64,000 nt of DNA from the human T2T-CHM13v2.0 reference genome, Homo sapiens (GCF_009914755.1 NC_060938.1), one strand, 5' to 3'. Counted from the first letter of the stretch, positions 1 to 13,976 are shown. Program-made: numbers and translations. Notes: a model not told the origin generated them from the letters alone.

Positions 1-64
1 TTCAGGTAAGAGGCACTCAGGAAACTGGGAGAGGCAGCGAAAGCACCTCACGCCTTAGATCACC

Positions 65-410
65 AGAAGATGCTCCCACCAGCGCCATGACAGTTTGCCA
101 ATGCCATGGCAGCACGGGAAGTCCCCACCCCTTGCCATGGAAACAGCTGGAAGTTACTGTTCATTTCTAGCTGTTTCTGAGTAACCCGCCCCTTAATTAG
201 CATGCCATTAAAAGTGAATTATAGAAATGACTACAAGCCACCCCTAGGCTGCTACTCTGGGAGCACAACCCACGGAGGGCTCCCTGCCCTGCCGGAGGGG
301 ACGCAGGGCTGTAACACCGCCAATGCCTCCATAGAGCTGCTTTCTTCCACCACAGGCTTGCTTTTGGATTTCATCCTGAGCAACGCCAAGAACCTGCACT
401 TCCTCAGTGT
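65..410 (+). mobile_element. ERV1 LTR fragment, MER41-family-like
   Basis: CTCCCACCAGCGCCATGACAGTTT..AATGCCATGGCA core recalled from MER41-type LTRs; U5-like end GCCAAGAACCT. Confidence 0.55.
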
Positions 411-1049
411 GACTCTTGCCTAAAACCTATCCCTGGTTTTCTCTTTTCCTAAGCATGCTCTGACTTGTTCTTTCATCTCCTCTGATCTTGCAATTGGTCC
501 TCAGTGACTCTATTCTGCAGATCCAGAAAACTCAACCTTAATCTTCCCAGAGCCCTGTTGTCTCCAATATTGGAATCTTTAGCCTTGTCTCAGACGCCTA
601 GATTTACCGGCCTCTCTCTTGAACACCTATTGGTAAGGTATCTGGGGATCCTTTAAATACAAGATGATTGGCAGGGTTTACATAGGGGAAATCAGTGTCT
701 GACAATTCGCCTTCCAGGATATGGATTGTCATTCCCTCTCTTTGTGGGCCGCAGTCTCTTATACATAAAAGTAGAGATTGTAATACTCATTTGGCTTGCA
801 GATACCTCACCCCGAACCCACCTAATATAATGTAAAAGTCAAGAATGCAACACCTTTCCTCACCCCGTGAAGGTAAAGTCCTCAGAGCCAAGGAGAGAAG
901 GCTCAAGGATGGTACCTGGGTGTTTCCAACACTAACCATGTATTGTAGTTTTTAGTGTTCAAGTTTAAGCTTCTTATGTTAAATTTACCCCAGTTTTAAT
1001 TCTATTGTAACAAGATTTATGTTTGAAATTCCATTTTTGGATTCAAGAT

Positions 1050-1250
1050 TTCTTGGTAAAGAAATACAGTTATTTTTCTATACCAATCTTATATAGTATT
1101 ACATTCCTAAATTTGTTCATGAGTCCTAATACTTTTTAGTAAATTTCTTATGATTTTCTAAATGCAAGATCACGTCATCCGTACATAAAGATAACTGTAC
1201 TTCTTCCTTTCCAATCTAGATGCCGTGTATTTATTTACATTGCCAAGTTT
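1050..1250 (-). mobile_element. Old L1 ORF2 fragment
   Basis: Resembles antisense L1 RT region (AAGATCACGTCATC..ACTTCTTCCTTTCCAAT..GATGCC). Confidence 0.5.
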
Positions 1251-1374
1251 TCCCAGCTACCACTGTTATCAAGTAAAAGGGGCTCACTGCCAAAAGCACT
1301 AGAAGCCGGTACCATGGCATTGAGTTTTTGAGAAAAGAAAAACTTTAAAGTCAAAACAAAACCTATAGGATACA

Positions 1375-1699
<325 letters not shown>

Positions 1700-2117
1700 C
1701 TATGGGATACAGTAAAAACAGTACTAAGAAGTAAGTTTATAGCAAAAAGCACCTCCATCAAAAAAAGTAGAAAAACTTCAGATAAACAACCTAATAATGC
1801 ATCTTAAATAATTAGAAAAGCAAGAGCAAACCAAAACCAAAATTAGCAGAAGGAAACATAGTAAGGATCAGAGCAGAAATAAATGAAATTGAAATTTAAA
1901 AATATAAAATGTCAATGAAATGAAAAGTTAATTTTTTTTAAAGACCAACAAAATCAACAAACATTTAGCCAGACTAAGAAAAAAGAGAGAAGACTCAAAT
2001 ACATAAAACCAGAGATTAAAAAGGAGACACTCCAACTGATACTGCGGAAATTCAAAGAATCATTAGAAACTATTATGACCAACTATATTCCAATAAATTG
2101 ATAAACCTGCAAATAAT

Positions 2118-2514
<397 letters not shown>

Positions 2515-3828
2515 CTAGCAAAGAAAAGTCTGGATCCAATGGCTTCACTGATTAATTTTACCAAACATTGAAGGAAGAATTACTATCAATCCTACTCAAA
2601 CTATTCCAAAAAACAAAGAAGACTGTAGTATTACCATACTCATTCTATGAAAAAGACCATTCATCATGTCTAAGTGGGATTTACCCCAAGAATGCCAACA
2701 TGGTTCAACATATGTAAATCAATCAATGTGACACATCATATCAACAGAATGAAGGACAGAAACCATATGGTAATTTCAACTGATGCTGAAAACGATTTAA
2801 TAAAATCCAACATCCCTGTGATAAAAAGAAACCCTAAAAAAAAAACTAGATTTAGAAGGAACATACCACAACACAATAAAAACCATATGCAACAGACCAA
2901 CAGCCAGTATCATCCGGAACAGAGAAAAACTGAAAGCCTTTCTTCTAAGATCTGGAACAAGGCAAGAATGTCCACTTCCAACACTGTTACTCAACATAGT
3001 ACTGGAAGTCCTAGCTAGAGCAATCCAGAAAAGAGAAAAAGAATAAAGGGCATCCAAATTGAAAGAAGTAAAATTATTATTGTTTTCTTGTTTGCAGGTG
3101 ATTTGATCTTATATTTGGAAAAACCTAAGGACTCCACCAAAAAACTATTAGAACTGATCAACAAATTCAGAGTCACACGATACAAAATCAAACTACAAAA
3201 ATCAGTAGTATTTCTAAATGCCAAAAATGAACAATCTAAAGAAGAAAATCAAGAACATAATCCCATTTACAATAGCTACACATAAATAAAATATCTAGGA
3301 ATAAACGTAACAAAAGAAGTGAAAGATATCTATCATGAAAACTATAAAACACCAATGCAAAAAAATTAAAGAAGACACCAAAAAATGGAAAGATAGTCCA
3401 TGTTCATTGATTGGAAGAGTAAATATTGTTAAAATACACATACTTCACAAAGCAATCTACAGATTCAATGCAATCCCTATTGAAATACTGATAACATTCT
3501 TCACAGAAAAAGAAAAAAAATCCTAAAATTTATATGAAACCATAAAAGACCCAGAATACCAAAAGTCATCCTTAGCAAAAAGAACAAAACTGGAAGAATC
3601 ACATCACCTGACGTTAAATTATACTACAGAGCAATTGTAAACAAAACAGCTTGGTACTGGCATAAAACAGAGACATAGACCAATGGAACAGAATAGAGAA
3701 CCCAGAAATAAATCCTTACATTTACAACTAACTCATTTTCAATGAAGGTGCCAAGAATATACATGGGGGAGAGAACAGTCTCTTCAACAAATTATTCTGG
3801 GAAAACTAAATATTCATTGGTAGAATAA

Positions 3829-4093
3829 TTTTTTTATTTTTTGAGATGGAGTCTAGCTCTGTTGCTCAGGTTGGAGTGCAGTGGTGCAATCTGGGCTCAC
3901 TGCAAGCTCCACCTCCTGGGTTCACACCATTCTCCTCCTCGGCCTCCCAAGTAGCTGGGAGTACAGGTGCCCCCATCATGCCCGCTAATTTTTTTTTTTT
4001 TGTATTTTTAGTAGAGACGTAGTTTCACCGTGTTAGCCAGGATGGTCTTGATCTCCTGCCCTCATGATCTCCCCACCCGGGCCTCCCAAAGTC
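3829..4093 (-). mobile_element. AluY-like element lacking its 5' end
   Basis: CACTGCAAGCTCCACCTCC; GTGTTAGCCAGGATGGTC; similarity stops after CCTCCCAAAGT. Confidence 0.88.
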
Positions 4094-4534
4094 TGAGGCT
4101 GAATAATTTAATTGGCAGAATAATTAAACTAGAACCCTCTCTTGTGCTATATAGAAAAATCAAATCCAAATGGGTTAAAGACTTAAGTCAAGGACACGAA
4201 ACTACTGAAAGAAAACATTAGGGAAACTCTCCAGGAAATTGGTCTGGGCACAGATTTCTTGAGTAATACTCCAAAAGCTCAGGCAACCAAAGCAAAAATG
4301 AACAAATGGTATCACATGAAGTTCAAAAATTTCTGCATAGTAAAGAAAACAATGGACAAAGTGAAAAGACAATCCACAGAATGGAAGAAAATATTTGCAA
4401 ACTATATATCTGACAAGGGATTAATAACCAGAATATATAAGGAGTTCAAACAACTCTATAAGAAAAAAACTAATAATCCAATTATTTAAATGGGCAAAAG
4501 ATCCGAACAGACATTTCTCAAAAGAAGGCAAACA

Positions 4535-4806
4535 GGTCAGGCGCAGTGGCTCACACCTGCAATTCCAGCACTTTTGGGAGCCAAGACAGGTGGACCACTT
4601 GAGCCCAGGAGCTCAAGACCAACCTGAAAAACATAGCAAATAATTTTAAAACCTACCTGGGCATGGTGATGCATGCCTGTGGTCCCAGCTACTCAGGAGG
4701 CTGAGGTGGGAGGATTGCTTGAACCCTGGTAGTCAAAACTACAGTAAGCCATCATCATACCACTGCACTCCAGCCTGGGTGACAGAGTGAGACCCTGTCT
4801 CAAAAT
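4535..4806 (+). mobile_element. AluJ-like element
   Basis: ACCACTTGAGCCCAGGAG and GAGGTGGGAGGATTGCTTGA. Confidence 0.85.
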
Positions 4807-5481
4807 ATGAGCAAAAACAAAGAAGAAGATATATAAATCTCATATAGGTATATGAAAAGATGCTCAATATCATTGATCATCAGAGAAATTCAAATCAAAA
4901 CTACAATAAGATATCATCTTACCCCCATTAAAATGGCTTTTATGCAAAAGACAGGCAATAACAAATGCTTGCAAGAATGTGGAGAAAAGAGAACCCTCTT
5001 ACTCTGTTGGTGGGAATGTAAATTAGTACACTCACTATGGAGAACAATATGGAGGTCCCTCAAAAAATTAAAAAAGGATTAGAACTATCATATGATCCAG
5101 CAATCCCACTGCTGGGTATATACCCAAGGGAGGGAAAATTAGTATATCAAAGAGATATCTGCATTCCCATATTTATTTCAGCACTATTCATAATAACCAA
5201 GATTTGGAAGCAACCTAGGTGTGCATCAACAGATGAAGGGATAAAGAAAATGTAGTACATACACACAATGGAGTACTCTTCGGCCATGAAAAAGAATAAG
5301 ATTCTCTCCTTTGCAACAACGTGGATGGAACTAGGGGACATTATGTTAAGTAAAATGAGCCAGGCACAGAAAGACAGACTTTGCATGTTCTCACTCATTT
5401 GTGGGAGCTAAAAATTAAACAATTGAACTCAGAAAGATAGAGAGTAGACTGAGAGTTTCCAGAGTCTGAGAAGAGTAGCGG

Positions 5482-6010
5482 TGTTACGGGATCTTTGGAG
5501 TGTCACTTTTCTGGACAGAAACCTCTATGGCTGGTGGCACCTTTACCTGAGTTTTGCTTGGTTCCCGCCCACTCAGCCTGGCAGGCTGTGCTCAGCTCAT
5601 GCTACCAGGTGGGATCCCATGTTTGCCAAGGGAGACTGCATGGAGTGGCAAGGTGTGTGTGAGCGAGCATGGGGTCTGGCCATTGTGCAGTCAGACTTGC
5701 TGGCTGCTGCAGTGGGGCAGGTAGCTCCAGGTGCCAACACGGGCGCCAGCTCTCCACAAGGCTATGGCTGGACCACGGGCACCTCAAGCAGCTTCCACAG
5801 CTGGCACATTGGGAACACAGTGGAACCCAGAAGCTTGGAGATACCAGGAACCACAGGGCCCCAAAGAAGGAATCACAGCCCTGGCTCAGGGAGCTCCCAG
5901 GTCAGGCTTCCCAAAGGGTCACGGCTCTTCTTTCCTTCTCTTTGCCCACAATGTGGCAAGCAAGGGGCATGTCTCAGCCCTGTTTGTGTTACAGCTCTTT
6001 CAGCCTCTTC
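5482..6010 (-). mobile_element. MER52-type ERV1 LTR, 3' ~530 bp only
   Basis: Minus strand ends ..AAAGATCCCGTAACA; GC-rich body matches recalled MER52 consensus. Confidence 0.75.
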
Positions 6011-6029
6011 CCTAGGATTTGTCATAATT

Positions 6030-6705
6030 AATTCCCATATTGTCTTATTTTTTTACATGTGTTTCAACTTCAGAAGATGTACGGATTTAAACAAAACATG
6101 ATGTGTTAGCTAGCTGCCATATGAATTTCTCCCTGTTTCACCACTATGTAGCCTAAAGTTATTCCGTCATCCATGACTATCCTGGCTAAGGAGTCTAAAG
6201 ATCTTTGTTTGGTAGCTATGGCTTCAGCTAGTTCATTTGCTAAGTTACCTACAGTGGTTGACAGATTTCTAATTATATGTTCATGAGAGGTTACTCCTCA
6301 CCATTGCAAGCGACTTCTGCCAAACATAGGATAAAATTCATCTCCTTGGTTTGCAGGTATGGTTTGTCTAATCCTGGAAAATAAATTCGATGAACTACTT
6401 CAGTGTTCAGAAACATTGGAGTTATAAACAGAAAGAAGAAGAGTCACATAACCTAATAGACAATTACTTCTCATATGCCAGCGGTCAATACATTCATAAG
6501 CCCATGGGTGGTTGATCCAGGGACCACACAGGGTCCCTGACAGATTCTGAAAGTTAAGGCTTTTGTTTACAGGTAACAGAGATAGGTTAAAGTACACGTC
6601 TTCAGTCTTGAGTAGAGTGTAATCAGTCTCATTTTTTTTAATGAGACAAACATCAGGTAAAGACCTTGACAAGAAGGAAGAGAAATCCCGAGATTCTATA
6701 ATCAT
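6030..6705 (-). pseudogene. env: Retroviral env relic (SU C-terminus and TM ectodomain)
   Basis: Manual translation past the stop at 6400: RIRQ (furin-like)..IRNLSTTVGNLANELAEAIATKQRSLDSLARIVMDDGITLGYIVVKQGE, then after a frameshift ANTSCFV*IRTSSEVET; degenerate heptad, ISD and CX6CC region. Confidence 0.8.
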
Positions 6706-7407
6706 AATAATCGAATTGTAATTGCAAGTTTGAGTAGTCCTTCAAAAATACATCTCATTCCTGACAGGATAAAACAAGTTTTTAAAATTATATTATATTC
6801 AGATTCACTAGGGAACAGTTGGAGCCAGGAAATAATTCAGGATTCAGCCGAAATTATAGCAAATAATAAAAACTCTAAAACAATCATCAGGGTTGGAATC
6901 TAATAGCATATGCCATAATTTTCTTTTGGAACATAAATTTTCTCTCTAGTCCATCATTTTATCAAAGACAAATCATAGTAGGACCAATTTGTATGCAAAA
7001 TAAGTTTTAGTCTTATCATACCTGGCCTGATTATTTCCATAAAGTGCATCAAGAATATTTATTGGCCATACGGACTTCTTAAAATTGGCTTTGTTGGAAA
7101 TTTTTAATAAGGAATCTTAGACTTTTAAGAGCCTTGAAGCTAGCCAAGTCAAAGATTTGCATCAGACTATGTCTGTAATAATTTTTTTAACCTACATTTT
7201 TTAAATAATACTTTAAGTTATGGGGTACATTTGCAGAATGTGCAGGTTTGTTACATAGGTATATATGTTCTGTGGTGGTTTGCTGCACCCATCAACCCAT
7301 CACCTATATTAGGTATTTCTCCTAATGCTATCCCTCCCCCTGCCCCCACCCCCCAACAGGCCCCAGTGTGTGAAGTTCCCCTCCCTGTGTCCATGTGTTC
7401 CCATTGT

Positions 7408-10400
7408 TCAACTCCCACTTATGAGTGAGAATATGTGGTGTTTGGTTTTCTGTTCTTGTGTTAGTTTACTGACAGTGATGGTTTCCAGCTTCATCCATGT
7501 CCCTGCAAAGGACATGAACTCATCCTTTTTTATGGCTGCATAGTATTCCATGGTGTGTATGTGCCACATTTTCTTTATTCAGTCTATCATTGATGGGCAT
7601 TTGGGTTGGTTCCAAGTCTTTGTTATTGTGAACAGTCCTGCAATAAACATACATGTGCATGTGTCTTTGTAGTAGAATGATTTATAATCCTTTGGGTATA
7701 TACCCAGTAATGGGATTGCTGGGCCAAATGGTAATTCTAGTTCTAGATCCTTGAGGAATAGCCACACTGTCTTCCACAATGGTTGAACTAATTTACACTC
7801 CCACCAACAGTGTAAAAGCCTTCCTATTTCTCCACACCCTCTCCAGTATCTGTTGTTTCCTGACTCTTTAATGATTGCCATTCTAACTGGCATGAGATGG
7901 TATCTCACTGTAGTTTTGATTTGCATTTCTCTAATGACTAGTGATGATGAACTTTTTTTCATAAGTTTGTTGGTTGCATAATTGTCCTCTTTTGAGAAGT
8001 GTCTGTTCACATCCTCCGCCCACTTTTCAATGAGGTTGTTTTTTCTTGTAAATTTGTTTAAGTTCTTTGTAGATTCTGGATATTAGCTGTTTGTCAGATG
8101 GATAGATTGCAAAAATTTTCTCCCATTTTGTAGGTTGCCCGTTCACTCTGATAGTTTCTTTTGCTGTCCAGAAGCTCTCTATTTTAATTAGGTCCCATTT
8201 GTCAATTTTGGCTTTTGTTGCCTTTGTTTTTGGTGTTTTAGTCATGAAGTCTTTGCCCATGCCTATGCCATGAATGGTATTGCCTAGGTTTTCCTCTAGG
8301 GTTTTTATGGCTTTAGGTCTTATGTTTAAGTCTTTAATCCACCTTGAGTTAATTTTTGTATAAGGTGTAAGAAAGGGATCCAGTTTCAGCTTTCTGCCTA
8401 TGGCTAGCCCGTTTTCCCAACACCATTTATTAAATAGGGAATCCTTTCCCCAGTGCTTGTTTTTCTCAGGTTTGTCAAAGATCAGACGGTTGTAGATGTG
8501 TGGTGTTATTTCTGAGGCCTCTTTTCTGTTCCTTTGATCTATATCTCTGTTTTGGTACCAGTACCATGCTGTTTTGGTTACCGTAGCTTGTATTATAGTT
8601 TGAAGTCAGGTAGCATGATGCTTCCAGCTTTGTTCTTTTTGGTTAGGATTGTCTTGGCTGTTCGGGCTCTTTTTTGATTCCACATGAAATTTAAAGTATG
8701 TTTTTCCAATTCCGTGAAGAAAGTCAATGGTAGTTTAATGGGGATGGCAGTGAATCTATAAATTACTTTGGGCAGTATGGCCATTTTCACGATACTGATT
8801 CTTCCTATCTATGAGCATGGAATGATTTTCCATTTGTTTGTGTCCTCTCTTATTTCCTTGAGGAGTGGTTTGTAGTTCTCCTTGAAGAGGTCCTTCACAT
8901 CCTTGTAAGTTGTATTCCTAGGTATTTCATTCTTTTTATAGCAATGGTGAATGGGAGTTCACTCACAGTTTGGCTCTCTGTTTGTCTGTTATTGCTGTAT
9001 AAGAGTGCTTGTGATTTTTGCACATTGATTTTGTATCCTGAAACTTTGCTGAAGTTGCTTATCAGCTTAAGGAGATTTTGGGCTGAGATGATGGGGTTTT
9101 CTAAATATACAATCATGTCATCTGCAAACAGAGACCATTCGACTTCCTCTTTTCCTAATTGAATACCCTTTATTTCTTTCTCTTGCCTGATTGCCCTGGC
9201 CAGAACTTCCAATACTATGTTGAATAGGGGTAGTGAGAGAGGGCATCCTTGTCTTGTGCTGATTTTCAAAGGGAATGCTTCCAGTTTTTGCACATTCAGT
9301 ATGTTATTGGTTGTGGGTTTGTCATAAATAGCACTTATTATTTTGAGATACGTTCCATCAATACCAGTTTATTGAGAGTTTTTAGCATGAAGGGCTGTTG
9401 AATTTTGTCAAAGGCCCTTTCTGCATCTATTGAGATAATCATGTAGTTTTTGTCATTGGTTCCCTTTATATGATAGATTACAATTATTGATTTGCATATG
9501 TTGAACCATCCTTGCATCCCAGGGATGAAGCCGACTTGATTATGGTGTACAAGCTTTTTGATGTGCTGCTGGATTCAGTTTTCCAGTATTTTATTCAGGA
9601 TTTCTGCATCGATATTCATCAGGGATATTGGTCTAAAATTTTCTTTTATTGTTGTGTCCCTGCGAGGTTTTGGTATCAAGGTGATGCTGACCTCATAAAA
9701 TGAGTTAGGGAGGATTCTCTCTTTTTCTATTGTTTGGAATAGTTTCAGAAGGAATGATACCAGCTCCTCTTTGTACCTCTCATAGAATTCAGCTGTGAAT
9801 CTGTCTGGTCCTGGACATTTTTTGGTTGGTAGGCTCTAATTAATGTCTCAATTTCAGAACTTGTTACTGGTCTATTCAGGAATTTGACTTCTTCCTGGTT
9901 TAGTCTTGGTAGTATTCGCTGATGATAATTTGTATTTCTGTGGGATCAGTTGTGATATCCCCTTAATCATTTTTTATTGCATCTATTTGATTCTTCTCTC
10001 TTTTCTTCTTCATTAGTCTGGCTAGTGGTCTGTTTTGTTGATCTTCGAAAAAAAACAGCTCCTGGATTCATTGATTTTTTGAAGGGTTTTTCGTGTCTCT
10101 GTCTCCTTAAATTCTGCTCTGATCTTATTTATGCCTTGTCTTCTGCTAGCTTTTGAATTTGTTTGTCCTTGCTTCTCCAGTTCTTTTAATTTTGATGTTA
10201 GGGTGTCAATTTTAGATCTTTCCTGCTTTCTCTTGTGGTCATTTAGTGCTATAAATTTCCCTCTACACACTGTTTTAAATGTGTCCCAGAGATTCTGGGA
10301 CGTTGTGTCTTTGTTCTCATTGGTTTCAAAGAACATCTTTATTTCTGCCTTCATTTCGTTATTTACCCAGTAGTCATTCAGGAGCAGGTTGCCCAGTTTC

Positions 10401-11134
10401 CATGTAGTTGTGAGGTTTTGAGTGAGTTTCTTAATCCTGCATACTAATTTGAATGCATTGTGGTCTGAGAGACTGTTTGTTATGATTTCCGTTCTTTTGC
10501 ATTTCCTGAGGAGTGTTTTACTTCCAATTATGTGGTCAATTTTAGAATAAGTGCAATGTGGTGCTGAGAAGAAGGTATATTCTGTTGATTTGGGGTGGAG
10601 AGTTCTGTAGATATCTTTTAGGTCCACTTGGTCCAGAGCTGAGTTCAAGTCCTGGATATGCTTGTTAATTTTCCGTCTCATTGATCTAATATTGACAGTG
10701 GAGTGTTAAAGTCTCCCACTATTATTGTGTGGGAGTCTAAGTCTCTTTGTAGGTCTTTAAGAACTTGCTTTATGAATCTGAGAGCTCCTGTATTGGGTGC
10801 ATATATGTTTAGGATAGTTAGCTCTTCTTGTTTCATCGATCCCTTTACCATTATGTAATGCCCTTCTTTGTCTCTTTTGATCTTTCTTGGCTTAAGGTCT
10901 GTTTTATCAGAAACTAAGATTGCAACCCCTGCCTTTTGTTGCTTTCCACTTGCTTGGTAAATGTTCCTCCATCCCTTTATTTTGAGCCTATGTGTATGAG
11001 ATGGGTCTCCTGAATGCAGCATATTGATGGGTCTTGACTCTATCCAATTTGCCAGTCTGTGTTTTTCAACTGGGGACATATAGCTCATTTACATTTAAGG
11101 TTAATATTGTTATGTGTGAATTTGATCCTGTCAT
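7408..11134 (-). pseudogene. Disrupted L1 ORF2 (endonuclease and reverse transcriptase)
   Basis: ORF fragments 10678 (NIYAPN, GDFNTPL), 10022 (SDH), 8895 (RQGCPLS, FADDM), 8593, 8027, 7579. Confidence 0.93.
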
Positions 11135-11197
11135 TATGATACTAGCTGGTTATGTTGCTCATTAGTTGATGAAGTTTTTTCATAGTGTCAATGGTCT

Positions 11198-12219
11198 TTA
11201 TAATTTGGTATGTTTTTGCAGTGGCTGTTACCAGTTGTTCCTTTCCGTGTTTAGTGCTTCCTTCAGGAGCTCTTGTAAGGCAGGCGTGGTGGTGACAATA
11301 TCTCTCAGCATTTGCTTGTAAAGGATTTTATTTCTCCTTCAATTATGAAGCTTAGTTTGGCTGGATATGAAATTCTGGCTTGAAAATTCTTTTCTTTAGG
11401 AATGTTGTGTATTGGCCCCCACTCTCTTCTGGCTTGTAGGCTTTCTGCCAAGAGATCCACTGTTAGTCTGATGGGCTTCCCTTTGTGGGTAACTCAACCT
11501 TTCTCTCTGGCTGCCCTTAATATGTTCTCCTTCATTTCAACCTTGGTGAATCTGATGATTTTGTGTCTTGGGGTTGCTCTTCTTGAGAAGTGTCTTAGTG
11601 GTGTTCTCTGTATTTCCTGAATTTGAATGTTGGCCTGTCTTGCTAGGTTGGGGAAGTTCTCCTGGATAATATCCTGCAGAGTGTTTTCCAACTTGGTTCC
11701 ATTCTCTCTGTCACTTACAGGTACACCAGTCAAACGTAGATTCAGTCTTTTAACATAGTCCTCTATTTCTTGGAGGCTTTGTTCATTTCTTTTCACTCTT
11801 TTTTCTTTAATCTTGTCTTCTTGCTTTATTTCATTGAGTTGATCTTCAATCTCTGATATCCTTTCTCCTGCTTGATTGATTCAGCTATTGATACTTGTGT
11901 ATGCTTCATGAAGTTCTTGTGCTGGGTTTTTCAGCTCCATCAGGTCATTTATGTTCTTCTCTAAACTGGTTATTCTAGTTAACAATTCATTTAACCTTTT
12001 TTTTCAGGTTCTTAGCTTCCTTGCATTGAGTTAGAACATGCTCCTTTAGCTCGGAGGAGTTTGTTATTACCCGCCTTCTGAAGCCTACTTCTGTCAATTC
12101 GTCAAACTCATTGTCTGTCCAGTTTTGTTCCCTTGCTGGCGGGGAGTTGTGATCTTCTGGAGGAGAAGATGCATTCTGGCTTTTGGAGTTTTCAGCCTTT
12201 TTGCACTGGTTTCTCCCAT
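11198..12219 (-). pseudogene. Disrupted L1 ORF1
   Basis: Fragment 11494-11796 (ENFPNLARQANIQIQEIQRTP); ATG at 12219. Confidence 0.9.
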
Positions 12220-13265
12220 CTTTGTGGATTTATCTACCTTTGGTCTTTGATGTTGGTGCTGTTGATACTATTCCTTTCTGTTTGTTAGTTTTCCTTCTAA
12301 CAGTCAGGTCCCTCTGCTGCAGGTTTGCTCGAGTTTGCTGGAGGTCCACTCCAGACCCTTTTTGCCTGGGTATCACCAGTGGAGGCTCAGTTGGAAATGC
12401 ATGAACCACCTGCCTTCTGTGTTGATCTCACTAGGTGCCGCAGGCCAGAGCTCTTCCTACTCAGACATCTTGCCAGCTCTCCTGTAATACTTTTATGAAT
12501 GAGTGTAGTCCTCTCTTCTCAAGGTCCCCAAATATCTTGAGGTTCCTAGGCCCGTCAGAAAGTGACATTCTTTACTTCTTACCAGAAGGACAGTGAATAT
12601 AAAGGACCCTTGTAGACAAGACACCAAGCCAGTCATTATAAGGGGCTTTGTATTGGTGCTATAAAGTCAACCTCAATTCCTTAAAGTGGTCTGGTTGTAT
12701 CTGCCATTCGAGTTAAAGCCTTGATAAAACAAACAGTGTCTCCAATTGAATCCTGTTATCAAAAACAGATTCATATTGAAATTATGCAAATAATTATATT
12801 GCCATAATTTAAGAATGCTCACTAATGGCTTCTGAATTCTGGAGTAATCAGTTAGAGAGACAGATAAATGGCTCAAATTTTTGTTCACAATGTAGTTTAT
12901 CTAATGTATTGTGAGTTAAAAATAGCTGAAAAGAAAAAAAAATTCTTGACTTTGGAAAACAAAACATAAAGAGAATCAACAATGTTTCCAATGAAAAGGC
13001 CATGAATAAAATCTTTTTCTTCTTTTATGAGTTCATTCCCATGTAACTAAATCTTGTTCTGTTTGATTTCAAATAGCAATTCTCATTCAGTTTTTTTGTG
13101 TTTTGCTTGATTTCAATTAGAAGTTCTCATTCAGCTTTTCAGAGTCCTGGAAGATTTTCCTAGTCCAATGGTATGATCCCCAAAGTTATCAGAAACCATA
13201 TTTAAGAGAACTTGTCAGAGTCCTTTCCATTAAAAGTAATTTAGATGATAGCTGATTGTAAAGGC

Positions 13266-13605
13266 TTTTTTTTTGAGGCATGGTTTGGCTCTATCACTCA
13301 GGATGGAGTGCAGTGGCATGATCTTGGCTCACCACAATCTCTCCCTCCCAAACTCAAGCCATCTTCCTACCTCAGCCTCCGAAGTAGCTGGGACCATAAG
13401 CATGCACCATCATGCCTGGCTAATTTTTGTATTTTTGTAGAGACAGGGTTTTACCATGTTGCCCAGGCTGCTTTCAAACTTCTGAGTTCAGCAATTCACC
13501 CAACTTGGCCTTGCAAAGTGCTGGGATATTTACAAGCGTGAGCCACCGTGCCCTGTGCCACGCCTAGCAACATGCCCTGCACAGCCTCCAGCACTGCACC
13601 CGGCC
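13266..13605 (-). mobile_element. AluJ-like element with expanded 5' end
   Basis: Alu body; TSD TGTAAAGG(C/G)TTTT. Confidence 0.85.
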
Positions 13606-13976
13606 TGTAAAGGGTTTTAGAGAAGAACTTAAAACAATCAACGTGGATGACAAAATTTTAGAATAGCCTTTGGTTAAAATCCAGTAGAAGTTCTCAACTG
13701 GTGAGAAAATTTAGTTACTTCTATTATATGTAGCATTTTATGATAACAGCCAGAATCATGACTGACGGCAACACATCTAATCCATCAGACTTCCACAAAT
13801 TTTACATAATCTTTAGAATATATATAGTAATAATATATCTATACACATAAAACTTTAGAAAATATTTAACATCATCAAAATTGTGATTTCTGCCATATTA
13901 GATTTTTATACTTTATATAACATTTAAAATATTTATATTAATAACATACCTATAAATGTAACCAAAAGAAGATTTA

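Larger units (their letters stand above)
7188..12481 (-). mobile_element. L1PA7-like element with both ends present and a spliced 5'UTR (SpIRE-type)
   Basis: 3'UTR, ORF2, ORF1 and first ~95 nt present; TSD CTGTAATA(A/C)TTTT at 7173-7185 and 12482-12494; 5'UTR junction at 12385/12386. Confidence 0.92.

Noticed and set aside
65-410. MER41B-type interferon-gamma (STAT1) enhancer
   Set aside because: I see no tandem TTCCGGGAA GAS motifs in this copy.
5481-6101. 206-aa plus-strand ORF
   Set aside because: It lies antisense across the GC-rich MER52-type LTR, has a GTG start and no recognisable domain.
9900-9925. ~70 bp deletion in ORF2 of the spliced L1 as a second intron
   Set aside because: Compared with the intact copy (54540-54630), the boundaries are not GT-AG on the sense strand.
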